Assembly (NCBI GenBank): GCA_964546415.1
Contig: CAZJJV010000001.1
Location: forward strand, 1-39,142
Direction: 5' to 3'
Length of the DNA stretch: 39,142 nt
Origin: an uncultured Candidatus Saccharibacteria bacterium
GTDB taxonomy: Bacteria > Patescibacteriota > Minisyncoccia > Minisyncoccales > CAZJJV01
The notes beneath the pieces are model-generated. The model did no database searches. It saw nothing but the letters and a program-made list of their open reading frames with translations, and was not told where the DNA came from. Below are positions 25,152-34,244 of this stretch, piece by piece; position 1 is the stretch's first letter, and each line of letters starts with the position of its first letter. The translations under genes and the position numbers were made by a program.

Positions 25152-25316
25152 TTATTGGATTTCTTTTTCTATTTCAATTTTAATGGGTTCTTTTAATTGA
25201 TCTTTGGCCACAATATAACCTAAAGCAAAAGACAAAAGAGCAATTAAGATTACTCCTATAACCAAGATAATATCTGCTTGGTATTCTTTGACAAAATTTT
25301 TGATTTTTGCTAACAT
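25152..25316 (-). CDS. possible 54-aa single-pass membrane protein (below the ORF-track length cut-off)
   Basis: My translation of the minus strand is [55 protein letters not shown] 55-codon stop-free frame is unexpected in AT-rich spacer and contains a clear TM helix. Its ATG lies inside the putative rpmA -10 element. Confidence 0.35.
   Translation of the reverse strand: MLAKIKNFVKEYQADIILVIGVILIALLSFALGYIVAKDQLKEPIKIEIEKEIQ
25288..25316 (+). promoter_or_regulatory. putative rpmA promoter: -35 TTGACA, 17-nt spacer ending in TGC, -10 TAACAT
   Basis: TTGACA at 25288-25293, TGC at 25308-25310 and TAACAT at 25311-25316. The ATG is 9 nt downstream. Confidence 0.45.
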
Positions 25317-25325
25317 AGGATATCT

Positions 25326-25604
25326 ATGGCTAAGACAAAAGCTGCTGGAGTAACTAAATTAGGAAGAGATTCTAGGCCTAAATATTTAGGGGTGAAGTTA
25401 TTTGGTGGCCAAAGAGCAAGGGTTGGTCAGGTTTTGGTTCGTCAAAGAGGCACCAAATTTTTGCCGGGGAAAAATGTTGCTCGGGGCAGGGATGATACCC
25501 TCTATGCTTTAAAAGAAGGGATTGTCAGGTTTACTACTAAAAGAAAAAAGGGGTTTGATGGTTCTCAACGAATTGTTAAGGTGGTAAATATTGAAGAAAA
25601 ATAA
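25326..25604 (+). CDS. rpmA: 50S ribosomal protein L27
   Basis: [22 protein letters not shown]...[24 protein letters not shown] matches L27 throughout. Confidence 0.95.
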   Translation: MAKTKAAGVTKLGRDSRPKYLGVKLFGGQRARVGQVLVRQRGTKFLPGKNVARGRDDTLYALKEGIVRFTTKRKKGFDGSQRIVKVVNIEEK

Positions 25605-25609
25605 TTTTT

Positions 25610-27238
25610 CTATTTTTTCTTTATAGCTGAAGCAATAAACTCTTTAAACAAAGGATGGGGATGGAGGGGCCTTGATTTGAATTCAGGATGAAACTGGCTG
25701 GCCACAAAATATGGGTGGTTTTTTAATTCAATAATTTCTACTAAATTTCTTTCGGGATTAATTCCAGAAATCACCAGTCCTTTTTTTTCCAAAATTTCTC
25801 TGAAATCGTTGTTGAATTCATAGCGATGGCGGTGCCTCTCAAAAACAATTTTCTTTTTGTAGGCCTGCCAGCTTTTGGTTCCTTTTTTTATTTCACATTT
25901 ATAAGCCCCTAATCTCATTGTTCCTCCGTACCTTTTCTCTTTTAATAATGCTTTTTGTTCTGGCATTACATCGATCACCAAATAAGGAGATTTTGGGTTA
26001 AACTCACTAGAATTTGCTTTTTTTAGATTGGCTACATTGCGAGCAAACTCTATCACCGCTAATTGCATTCCCAAACACAACCCCAAAAAAGGAATTCTGT
26101 TTCTTCTACAAAAAGAAATGGTTTTAATTTTTCCTTCTATTCCTCTTTTTCCAAATCCGCCCGGGACAATTATCCCATCATATTTTTTTAACTCTTTTAA
26201 TTTTTGGGGGCGTTTTTCATATTTTTCAGCGTCTAGCCAATAAATTTCTGGTTTTCTTTTTAGGGCCCAACTTGCATGTTTTACTGCTTCAATCACTGAA
26301 ATGTAAGAATCCACCAAGGTAAACTTTCCGGTGGCAAAGTACTTTCCCACTATTCCAATCTTTACTGGTTTTTTTGATTTTTTAATTGAGCCTACCAGTC
26401 TTTTCCAATCTCTCAGATTTTGTTTTTTGGTTCTTAAACCAAATTTTTTTAAAATCCTATTTCCCAAATTCTCTTTTTCAAAATTAAGAGGGATTTCATA
26501 AATAAAATCTACATCAGGAGCGGAAATTATGTCTTCCTTGGTTATATTACAGAAAATTGAGATTTTTCTTTTTCGGGGTTCATCTAGGGGAACAGAGGCC
26601 CGGCCCAAGATGATATCTGGTTGGATGCCAGCTTCGTTTAGAAGGCGGGCCGCCGTTTGGGTGGGCTTGGTTTTCATCTCTCCAATTTTTTCAGGAATGG
26701 GTAGATAAGAAATCAAAACAAAAATTACATCTCTTGGGTTTTTCAGTTTCATCATTCTGGCTGCCTCCAAAAACAAAAGATTTTGATACTCCCCTACCGT
26801 GCCACCAATCTCTATTAAAACAAAATCAGCCCTTGTTTTTTTGGCTACTTTTTTAATTCTGAAAATTACTTCGTTGGGAATATCAGGCACTACCTCTACA
26901 CACCTTCCCCCATACTCTAAATTTCTTTCTTTGTTAATTACTGCTTGATAGACCCTTCCGGTAGTTAAATAGTTATCCGAACTCATTTCTTCTTCCAAAA
27001 AACGTTCATAGTTTCCTATATCTTGATCGCATTCCGCCCCATCATCGGTCACAAAAATTTCCCCATGTTCTATGGGGTTCATTGTGCCAGCATCAACATT
27101 GATATAAGGATCTATTTTAAGGGCGGTTACCTTAAAACCCTTAGATTTTAAAATACAGCCAATAGAGGCTGTAGCCACACCCTTCCCTACTCCAGACATT
27201 ACTCCGCCGGCTAAAAAGATATATCTTGGTTTTGGCAT
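25610..27238 (-). CDS. pyrG: CTP synthase
   Basis: YIFLAGGVMSGVGKGV, KIDPYINVDAGTMNP, the glutaminase domain GLCLGMQLAVIEFARN and HRHRYEFN. Confidence 0.97.
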   Translation of the reverse strand: MPKPRYIFLAGGVMSGVGKGVATASIGCILKSKGFKVTALKIDPYINVDAGTMNPIEHGEIFVTDDGAECDQDIGNYERFLEEEMSSDNYLTTGRVYQAVINKERNLEYGGRCVEVVPDIPNEVIFRIKKVAKKTRADFVLIEIGGTVGEYQNLLFLEAARMMKLKNPRDVIFVLISYLPIPEKIGEMKTKPTQTAARLLNEAGIQPDIILGRASVPLDEPRKRKISIFCNITKEDIISAPDVDFIYEIPLNFEKENLGNRILKKFGLRTKKQNLRDWKRLVGSIKKSKKPVKIGIVGKYFATGKFTLVDSYISVIEAVKHASWALKRKPEIYWLDAEKYEKRPQKLKELKKYDGIIVPGGFGKRGIEGKIKTISFCRRNRIPFLGLCLGMQLAVIEFARNVANLKKANSSEFNPKSPYLVIDVMPEQKALLKEKRYGGTMRLGAYKCEIKKGTKSWQAYKKKIVFERHRHRYEFNNDFREILEKKGLVISGINPERNLVEIIELKNHPYFVASQFHPEFKSRPLHPHPLFKEFIASAIKKK

Positions 27239-27264
27239 GAGCGAATGATTGTTTGTTAAAATTA

Positions 27265-27714
27265 TTACTCTTCTTCCTCAACGACAATCACCTTTATTTC
27301 TGCTTCTAGGTTGTGATCAAATTTTACTTTCACCGGAAATTCCCCCAATTCTTTTATTGGCTTTTCCAGTTCAATCTGGTTCTTTTTTAAACCAAAACCT
27401 AATTTTTTGAGTTCTTCCCAAATCTTTTGAACCCCCACTGATTCATATAATTGACCTTCCTCACCCACCTTTACAGGAATTACCACCTCTTGACCATCCA
27501 CCTTGGTTGCCATTTCTTGAACCCTTTTTAGTTCTTGCTCTGCTTTTTTTTCTTTAATCTCTTTTTGGATTTTTACCCATTCTAAAACCTCTTTGGTCGC
27601 TGGTTTTGCTAACCCCTTGGGAATTAAATAATTTCTAGCATATCCATCAGATACTTCTTTGACCTCAAATTTTTTTCCTAATTTTTCAACATCTTCAAGT
27701 AATACTACCTTCAT
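27265..27714 (-). CDS. rplI: 50S ribosomal protein L9
   Basis: [40 protein letters not shown] is the L9 N-domain signature. Confidence 0.9.
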   Translation of the reverse strand: MKVVLLEDVEKLGKKFEVKEVSDGYARNYLIPKGLAKPATKEVLEWVKIQKEIKEKKAEQELKRVQEMATKVDGQEVVIPVKVGEEGQLYESVGVQKIWEELKKLGFGLKKNQIELEKPIKELGEFPVKVKFDHNLEAEIKVIVVEEEE

Positions 27715-27750
27715 AGGTTTTCTTTAATTCTTTAATATTAAATAATTATA

Positions 27751-28926
27751 TTACAAATTTTTCAAAATCTCAATCGCTTTTTCTAACTGGGGATCTCTTC
27801 CTGCCTCAAAATCCTCTTCACTAATTTCTACTTTGATATCTGGTTCTAACCCTCTTTCAGTGATTAAATCTCCTTTGGGGGTCAACCAATGAGCCACCGT
27901 GACCTTTAAAGAGGACCCTCCACTTAATTTTTCTAACTCTTGGACAGAACCCTTTCCAAATGTTTTTTCTCCTATTAATAACACTCCCCGATTATCTCTT
28001 AAGGCACCTGCTAATATTTCTGATCCAGAAGCCGAACCTTCGTTAATTAAAACCACTAACGGATAATCCAAAAAACTGGCTGGCCCCTGAGATTTATAGT
28101 AATTCTTTTTTTTATTTTTGCCAAAGTCTTCAATGGCGACCATCTTTCCTCTTTCCAGAAACCAACCAGCAATATCTTGAACCACCCTTAAATAGCCTCC
28201 GGGATTATTCCTAACATCTAATATAATTTTTTTGGCCGGACTATTCAAGATTTCAAGGGCGGCCTTTTTAAAATCAGAACTAGCCTTTTCGGTAAATTGA
28301 TACAATTGAATATAAGCAATCTCTCCTTCTTTTAGTTCCCATTTTAAAGAAGGAATTTCAATTACCGCTCTCTTAACCTTAAATTCTTTAGGCAAATCCC
28401 ATTCTTTTCGCAAAATAGTAAGGGCGACTTCGGTTCCTTTGGGCCCCCTTATTAATTCTACTGCCTCATCTATGGTGATGTCAGTTGTTGGATTTCCATC
28501 TATTTCCAAAATTTTATCTCCTGCTCTCAAACCAGCTTTCTGGGCTGGTGTTCCTTCTAAGGGAGCAATTACCTGAAGTTGTCCCTTTCTGATTCCAATT
28601 TCCATTCCCACTCCTTCATAGGTGCCCCTGACATCTTCTACAAACCTTTTGGTTTTCTCGGGATCCAAAAATACAGTATAAGGATCTCCTAAAGATTTTA
28701 CCATACCAGCGATTGCTCCATAGAGCATCTCCTGATTGTCAAATTTTGCTTTGTCAACAAACTTTTCTTGCAAAACCTCATAGGTTTCCCAAAACAAAGA
28801 AAAATCAAAGTTTCCTGGAGGATAAATTCTACACTCTGTTTGCTCTTTACCAATCCACAAACCCAAAACAAAACTTATCAAGACAATCAAAATTAAAACT
28901 GGTTTTTTGTTAGGTTTAAAAAGCAT
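27751..28926 (-). CDS. S41-family C-terminal processing (tail-specific) peptidase with a PDZ domain
   Basis: N-terminal signal anchor, PDZ motif AQKAGLRAGDKILEIDG, and catalytic region LINEGSASGSEILAGALRD...GEKTFGKGSVQ. Confidence 0.9.
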   Translation of the reverse strand: MLFKPNKKPVLILIVLISFVLGLWIGKEQTECRIYPPGNFDFSLFWETYEVLQEKFVDKAKFDNQEMLYGAIAGMVKSLGDPYTVFLDPEKTKRFVEDVRGTYEGVGMEIGIRKGQLQVIAPLEGTPAQKAGLRAGDKILEIDGNPTTDITIDEAVELIRGPKGTEVALTILRKEWDLPKEFKVKRAVIEIPSLKWELKEGEIAYIQLYQFTEKASSDFKKAALEILNSPAKKIILDVRNNPGGYLRVVQDIAGWFLERGKMVAIEDFGKNKKKNYYKSQGPASFLDYPLVVLINEGSASGSEILAGALRDNRGVLLIGEKTFGKGSVQELEKLSGGSSLKVTVAHWLTPKGDLITERGLEPDIKVEISEEDFEAGRDPQLEKAIEILKNL

Positions 28927-28970
28927 ATTAACAAACCCAATGTATTATTTTAAAACAAAATTGCCCAAGA

Positions 28971-29000
28971 TTTCAATCAGAGGCAACCTCCTTATTGAAA
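28971..29000 (-). terminator. possible intrinsic terminator after the surface-protein operon
   Basis: On the minus strand, TTTCAAT-AAGGAGGTTGCCTCTG-ATTGAAA (7-bp outer stem plus inner GAGG/CCTC) followed by the T-rich TCTTGGGCAATTTTGTTTT. It starts 10 nt after the stop of the 29010-30740 gene. Confidence 0.3.
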
Positions 29001-29009
29001 CTCAAACGC

Positions 29010-30740
29010 CTATTTTAATTCTTTTCTTATATCTTGAAGTTCTTTCTCAATGGTTTTTCTTGAACATTCTAAGGCTTTTTTTAGATTATCTCTTATTTTC
29101 TTTTCTTCTTTTGTGAGGCCTGGTTTTCCATCAAGATATTCAATTTGTTTTTTTATTTCTTTCCTTAGGCCTTTGAAAGCCATCACGACCGCCCTATTAA
29201 GTTCTCTGGTTTCCCTCTTCAATCTTTTTTTCCAAATTGAAATTCGATACCAAGCGTAAAAGAATATCAACAAAAGCCCAATAATAATAAGAACCAAGGT
29301 AACCATAACACTAAGATAGTTTATTGCTATTTTACCAAATTTTAAAAATGGAGGCAAACCTACAGAAAAGCGATACTCTTTAGAGGGAAAGCTAAGGGCT
29401 CCTTTTTCATTTTGGGTTTGAGCCCAAGTTTTATATTCTCCCTGCTCTAAAGAACCCAAAACAATCCTCCAATAACCTTTCTCGTTTGTCTCAGCCTCTT
29501 TTTTGATCGGTTCCTCGTTTTCTTTTTGGTAAAACAATGTAACATGAGAGTAAGGAATACTCTTTCCTTCTAAGGTTAATTTTGAATCAGGTAAAACATT
29601 TTTGGGACAAGATTCAATTTTTGGAGACTCTATTGGTAAAACCTCAAGATCGGTTTTGGCTTCAGAAAAATTGCCTGCTCTATCAAAGGCCTTGACCACG
29701 ATTTTATGCGTCCCTGGGGCCTGGGGAGGCAACTCTAAAGGATTAGATTTGGTAATTCCAGTTGCCTGAAAGGGCTCCCCTTCTCCTATTTTTACTTCAT
29801 AGTAGGCAATCCCTGAAGGTTTGTCGGTAGTGTTAAATAAGAGAATGGGGGTGGGGTCCGTTGGGTCTTCTTTTTGGATTTCAATTTCAAAAGAAGCAGG
29901 GGGAAGCGTGTCGATCATTATTTTTCTGTGAGTTAGTTTCCCCCAGCCATAACTATTTTTAAAATTTATATGGAAATACCAAATTCCGTCTTTTAGATTT
30001 TCAAAAGAAACCTTGTCTGGTAAGCCCTCGGCTACAAATTTAGGATTAGTGGTGGGGTTTTGATCTAAGCCATAACTTATCTTTTCTACGTCGGGCGGTA
30101 ATTTCCAATGGATTTCAGGACTATTATTTGAATACCATTGATCTTCTTGGGGATGGGTTGAGGAAGAAAGAATAGGGGCAGAAGGGGTGCCAACATGCGT
30201 TTGAAAAGGAGTTTCTTCTGTTGTTTGGGGAGCCGCCCCTGTCTTAAAAGTATAAAGGCCCCCTATCATATTAGTTAAGACATTGGTTCCTTTTCCATCA
30301 GCTGCCAAAATAGAGCCTGAGGAAAAATTGACCTGAGTAGAGACTGGAAGCCTAGATTTAAAAACGATGGTAAAGATGGTTCCTGATTTTCCTGAAAAGG
30401 GCGTGGGGGTTCCCCCTCCAAAAACTATAGTTCCCAAAGAGTTAGAAAAGGTGGGTTCGGTAGTCCAAAGAGAAAAAATGGAACCGGTTTTAGAAAGATT
30501 AACCACTGAAATTTCTTGGGGATTAAAAATTAGGGTTCCTTCTGCTGCATTAATGGGTTGGTCGCCGCTATTTACCCTTACCTTTACTGAAAAAGTTTGG
30601 CCAACCGAATAGGTTCCACTGGCTGGAGAGAGGTATAAAGAAGCCCCTCCAGCCCTTGTTTCGCTTACTCTAAGCCAAAAAAACAAAAGGAGAATAGATA
30701 TTATAAAACCTCCAATTAGTTTTAGTTTTTTATTTTTCAT
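29010..30740 (-). CDS. secreted, C-terminally membrane-anchored surface protein: N-terminal cohesin-like domain, Ig-like modules, TM helix and a charged coiled-coil cytoplasmic tail of about 85 aa
   Basis: Signal peptide ending ETRA|GGASLYLSP. Cohesin-like stretch YSVGQTFSVKVRVNSGDQPINAAEGTLIFNPQEISVV...GTIFTIVFKS. DTLPPASF...SGIAYYEVKIGEG...VKAFDRAGN module. TM helix YLSVMVTLVLIIIGLLLIFFYAWY. Confidence 0.6.
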   Translation of the reverse strand: MKNKKLKLIGGFIISILLLFFWLRVSETRAGGASLYLSPASGTYSVGQTFSVKVRVNSGDQPINAAEGTLIFNPQEISVVNLSKTGSIFSLWTTEPTFSNSLGTIVFGGGTPTPFSGKSGTIFTIVFKSRLPVSTQVNFSSGSILAADGKGTNVLTNMIGGLYTFKTGAAPQTTEETPFQTHVGTPSAPILSSSTHPQEDQWYSNNSPEIHWKLPPDVEKISYGLDQNPTTNPKFVAEGLPDKVSFENLKDGIWYFHINFKNSYGWGKLTHRKIMIDTLPPASFEIEIQKEDPTDPTPILLFNTTDKPSGIAYYEVKIGEGEPFQATGITKSNPLELPPQAPGTHKIVVKAFDRAGNFSEAKTDLEVLPIESPKIESCPKNVLPDSKLTLEGKSIPYSHVTLFYQKENEEPIKKEAETNEKGYWRIVLGSLEQGEYKTWAQTQNEKGALSFPSKEYRFSVGLPPFLKFGKIAINYLSVMVTLVLIIIGLLLIFFYAWYRISIWKKRLKRETRELNRAVVMAFKGLRKEIKKQIEYLDGKPGLTKEEKKIRDNLKKALECSRKTIEKELQDIRKELK

Positions 30741-31674
30741 TTTCCTTTTGGAGCCTTAACTTCCTCTTTAAATAAGTCCAATACCCTACCCCAATTAAAA
30801 TTAAAACCAAGCCAATTATCCAGTTAATAATTGAGAACCTTTTAGGTAAATAAGGCCTAAACTCAACAATCCTTTCATTTCCTGCTTTATCTACCGCCTT
30901 TACTTTTATTATACTTTTTAAATTTTGATCTTCCAATAAATGGGGGCTCTCAGCTATTTTCCAAGGATTCTCTCCCTCTTTTACTTCATAATGGTCGATA
31001 CCGGTTTGTTTGTCTTGGGTATTAAAAATTATAAAATATCTTCCTTCAAAAACCTGAGGATCTTTTAAAACCAAGATACCAAATGGTTCTGGAGGGGCGG
31101 TATCTTTTTTTAATTCTTTTTCTAAAATTTTTTCCAAAGATTCACCCCTCTCTTTTAAAATTTGATATATAGCTTTTTCTAATTTTAATTGGGCTTCTGT
31201 CCCCAAACCATCATTTAATAATACTTTTGAGTTTTTTGAAAATTTAACTTCAACCACACCCTTTTCTCCTACTAAAATTTCAGGAACCCTAAAGATAATT
31301 TCTCCTAAAATGTTGCTTTCGCCAGGATCACCGGCAATCTTTCCGCAATAACCTCCGGGTATTCCACCAGAAAAAGAAATTTTACCATCTTCAATTTTGG
31401 GTTTTTCTAACCATATAGAAATCAAAGATTCACCCATCAAAAAATCTTTAACTACTAAAAGATTTTTGTTGTATTCAATTTCTGCTTTTATGGTGTTGAT
31501 ACACTCTTTTTCAGGATCAATTTTAACCTTCACCCCAAACTCCTGCCCCATTTTTAACTGAGCCCTTGATGGTTCAAAATATAAACTCGCCCCCCATGCC
31601 CCAAGGGGCAACACTAAACCGACACCAAACAAGACACTAAACAGAAACAAAACTTTTTTATGTTTTTTTGCCAT
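30730..31674 (-). CDS. secreted, C-terminally membrane-anchored cohesin-like surface protein (shorter paralogue of the 29010-30740 product)
   Basis: Signal peptide ending GAWG|ASLYFEP. MGQEFGVKVKIDPEKECINTIKAEIEYNKNLLVV. Shared module DTAPPEPF...TGIDHYEVKEGEN...VKAVDKAGN. TM helix IINWIIGLVLILIGVGYWTY. Overlaps the next gene by 11 nt. Confidence 0.6.
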   Translation of the reverse strand: MAKKHKKVLFLFSVLFGVGLVLPLGAWGASLYFEPSRAQLKMGQEFGVKVKIDPEKECINTIKAEIEYNKNLLVVKDFLMGESLISIWLEKPKIEDGKISFSGGIPGGYCGKIAGDPGESNILGEIIFRVPEILVGEKGVVEVKFSKNSKVLLNDGLGTEAQLKLEKAIYQILKERGESLEKILEKELKKDTAPPEPFGILVLKDPQVFEGRYFIIFNTQDKQTGIDHYEVKEGENPWKIAESPHLLEDQNLKSIIKVKAVDKAGNERIVEFRPYLPKRFSIINWIIGLVLILIGVGYWTYLKRKLRLQKENEK

Positions 31675-32044
31675 AGATCCTTCGGATTATTTGGACACCA
31701 TTTGAAGTACCAAAATTGATTAAATAACCAACATTATAGTTAGAGGATTTTAAATAATACCAAAATTGTTTAATGTCATCCTGAGTCAATTTTGGTTTTA
31801 CCTTTACCTCAACTATGATTTTATTCTCAACTACTAAATCGGGGATATAGGTACCAACTTTTCTCCCATTGTAAAAAATATCTATTCTTTTTTCTTTCTC
31901 AACTTTGAGATTTTTGTCTTTTAAACCATAATAGAATGAGTTTTGATATACTTTTTCTTTATGCCGATTCCTAAACTTCTTATAAATATCAAATGCTACT
32001 CCCTGGATAACGTATGATTCTTGTTTATATAAAAGCTTAGCCAT
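31658..32044 (-). CDS. GxxExxY-family protein (PD-(D/E)XK nuclease-like fold)
   Basis: HKEKVYQNSF (ExxY), YIPDLVVENKIIVEVKVKP (D...ExK core) and QFWYYLKSSNYNVGYLINFG match the family layout. Overlaps the downstream gene by 17 nt. Confidence 0.65.
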   Translation of the reverse strand: MAKLLYKQESYVIQGVAFDIYKKFRNRHKEKVYQNSFYYGLKDKNLKVEKEKRIDIFYNGRKVGTYIPDLVVENKIIVEVKVKPKLTQDDIKQFWYYLKSSNYNVGYLINFGTSNGVQIIRRIYGKKT

Positions 32045-32101
32045 AAGTTTAGATTCAGTTTTGCGTAAAGTTTGGTATCGGTTTAGTGAATGATAGCTTC
32101 G

Positions 32102-33259
32102 CTAGCCGGTCCAGTAATAAAGCATAATTGAAAAATCTGGCAAATTAACTATTCCGTCTTGGTTTTGATCAGCGCAAGGATTTTCTCTTTTCCACCAATA
32201 AAGCAAAATAGAAAAGTCAATTAAATTAACCCTACCATCTTTATTTAAATCAGCGCCAGGGCAAACAAATCCTGTAACCTTTCGCCCTACATAAAAAGCC
32301 AAAACCTGAGAAAAAGAAGATTCTATATTTTCTTTTGGGTCTTTGGCCTTGGCTCTGGCAGTGTGGGTTCCCTCTTCTAAAACCAAAGTATTAATCGATT
32401 CCTCCCACCTCCCTTCTTCATCAGAAAAAGTGGTTTGGACTATTTCTGAAGATTCAATATGAACAAAAACCTGGGCATTGGGGACGGTAGAACCAAAAAT
32501 ATTCAAGTTTTCTCCCTTTTTGAAGGAAGTTTTAGGTAATTCTATGGTAGGGGGCAAAAAAATACCCGAAATAGTGGTGGTCATATCTTTAATTACCGTG
32601 GCTGTAAAGGAAAAGGTAATAGACCTTCTACCCTTTTTGTCTTCTGCCCACAAAGAGAAGGTCCAAAGTCCAGGGGTGGCTTTTTTGACTTCTATTCTAA
32701 AATTGGCTGAATCATCTGCCTTTTTGGTAGCCACCACCCTTCCATCTTGTAAAAGAGTAATTAAGGCTTCAGGATAGGCCTTCCCTTTAATAATTACCCT
32801 TGTTTCTTTGGTTACTGTTTCTCCACCGCCCCCGCCTCCAAAAGAGACAGGCGGAGCAGGTTCGGTTTGGCAAACCTCATCACAACCGTCTCCAGCCAGA
32901 TTATTTCCATCGTCACAGGTTTCTCCATACTGAGTTTGTAAGATTCCATCTCCACAATAAGGAGCCCAGCCATCACAACTTGTATTACAATACCTGCCTT
33001 CAATAGTAGAAGAGTAAAGGCCGTTACTAGAACCATCATCGCAGACTTCTGGCCCCTCAACTATTCCATTGCCACAAATGTAAATTACCACCGAGGTTTG
33101 AAGAGAGCTAGCCTTGACCTGATTTTTAAATAAAAAAGGACCCAAAATTGGTCCTGTTAAAATTAAGAAAAACAGAATTAAAGATGCTAGATTGACTTGG
33201 TTTCTTATTTCATACCTTTTTCCTTTTTCGCCAAAATTTAATTCCTTGGTATAAACCAT
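32102..33259 (-). CDS. secreted protein with Cys-rich CxxG...CDDGN repeats, two Ig/carboxypeptidase-regulatory-like modules and a C-terminal duplicated dockerin-like segment
   Basis: CGNGIVEGPEVCDDG and YCGDGILQTQYGETCDDGNNLAGDGCDEVC (Myxococcus-type cysteine-rich repeat pattern). C-terminus DLNKDGRVNLIDFSILLYWW and DQNQDGIVNLPDFSIMLYYW (dockerin repeats, about 32105-32260). Only one ATG is available, giving a 50-nt overlap with the upstream gene. Confidence 0.6.
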   Translation of the reverse strand: MVYTKELNFGEKGKRYEIRNQVNLASLILFFLILTGPILGPFLFKNQVKASSLQTSVVIYICGNGIVEGPEVCDDGSSNGLYSSTIEGRYCNTSCDGWAPYCGDGILQTQYGETCDDGNNLAGDGCDEVCQTEPAPPVSFGGGGGGETVTKETRVIIKGKAYPEALITLLQDGRVVATKKADDSANFRIEVKKATPGLWTFSLWAEDKKGRRSITFSFTATVIKDMTTTISGIFLPPTIELPKTSFKKGENLNIFGSTVPNAQVFVHIESSEIVQTTFSDEEGRWEESINTLVLEEGTHTARAKAKDPKENIESSFSQVLAFYVGRKVTGFVCPGADLNKDGRVNLIDFSILLYWWKRENPCADQNQDGIVNLPDFSIMLYYWTG

Positions 33260-34172
33260 AGCTTATTCCAGCCAAAACAACAAAAAGACAAATAAGGGTT
33301 GTTATTTTATCTTTTAAGGGCAAATCAAAGAACCCTGCTTTTTGATAATTACTAATGGTGCCCTGAGGGAGAATGCTTAAATGAATTTTTCCTCGATTTA
33401 CCACCTCCTCTTTCTTATAAATTTTATATTTTGCCCAATAACTGCCAGGTTTTAAATTGGTAAGCAATTTTGCTGTCACCCACTCTGTTTTGAAAGGTTC
33501 AACTTTTTTATCTATTTTCTTTGTTTCAATTGATTCTAAAAGTTTTTCCTCTTTGCTATCATAAATATCAAAATGAATTTTACTAGGAGCTGCTTTTATG
33601 TTTCCAGTATTTTCTATTTGAATTGAAAATCTAATAATTCCTGGGAAATGCCAAAAGAGCCATTTGTAACCCTCTTCTAAATCTGAAACCCTAACCCCCC
33701 TTACCTTAAAGTCAAAAATTTCTTTGGTTACATTTAAATTAACATCAATTTGCCCTCCCAGGGTAATACTTACTGTACCTAGTTCTGGAGCCTTCAAAGG
33801 AGTTGTTTTTACCCTAATTGACCCCTTGTATCTCTTAAATTGAGCATTTTCTGGTACCTTTACGCTAATAATTATTGGAAATTGTTTTTCTCCCTTAGGT
33901 AAGATAAATTCTTTTCCTTTATCTACCGAAAACCAACTATTAGCTTCTGGTACATTGAAAATTAACTCAACCTTCCAATCTTCGTCTGGTTGATCTCTAA
34001 CTAAAATAATTTTTTGTTCAAAATAAGAACCCTGGGTTAGGTTTTCGTTCCTAACATGGGGAGGAGAAATTCCAAAACCCGCCCTTGCTGCCGAGGGCAA
34101 CAAACACAAAACTGACACTAAACTAAACATTAAACTAACACTAAGCCAAAATTTTCGCCAGCCCTTTAACAT
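33210..34172 (-). CDS. secreted two-beta-sandwich protein with a C-terminal TM anchor and basic tail (architecture reminiscent of DUF916/DUF3324 CscA-type proteins)
   Basis: Signal peptide ending SAARA|GFGISPP. SYFEQKIILVRDQPDEDWKVEL and IQIENTGNIKAAP (Ig-like strand patterns). C-terminal TTLICLFVVLAGISYGLYQGI followed by KFWRKRKKV. Confidence 0.45.
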   Translation of the reverse strand: MLKGWRKFWLSVSLMFSLVSVLCLLPSAARAGFGISPPHVRNENLTQGSYFEQKIILVRDQPDEDWKVELIFNVPEANSWFSVDKGKEFILPKGEKQFPIIISVKVPENAQFKRYKGSIRVKTTPLKAPELGTVSITLGGQIDVNLNVTKEIFDFKVRGVRVSDLEEGYKWLFWHFPGIIRFSIQIENTGNIKAAPSKIHFDIYDSKEEKLLESIETKKIDKKVEPFKTEWVTAKLLTNLKPGSYWAKYKIYKKEEVVNRGKIHLSILPQGTISNYQKAGFFDLPLKDKITTLICLFVVLAGISYGLYQGIKFWRKRKKV

Positions 34173-34244
34173 ATTTTAAATTCTAAACAATTAAACAGAT
34201 TCGATTCTGTTTCGTGTTTTAATTTCACTCCTGTTTTGTGCTTA

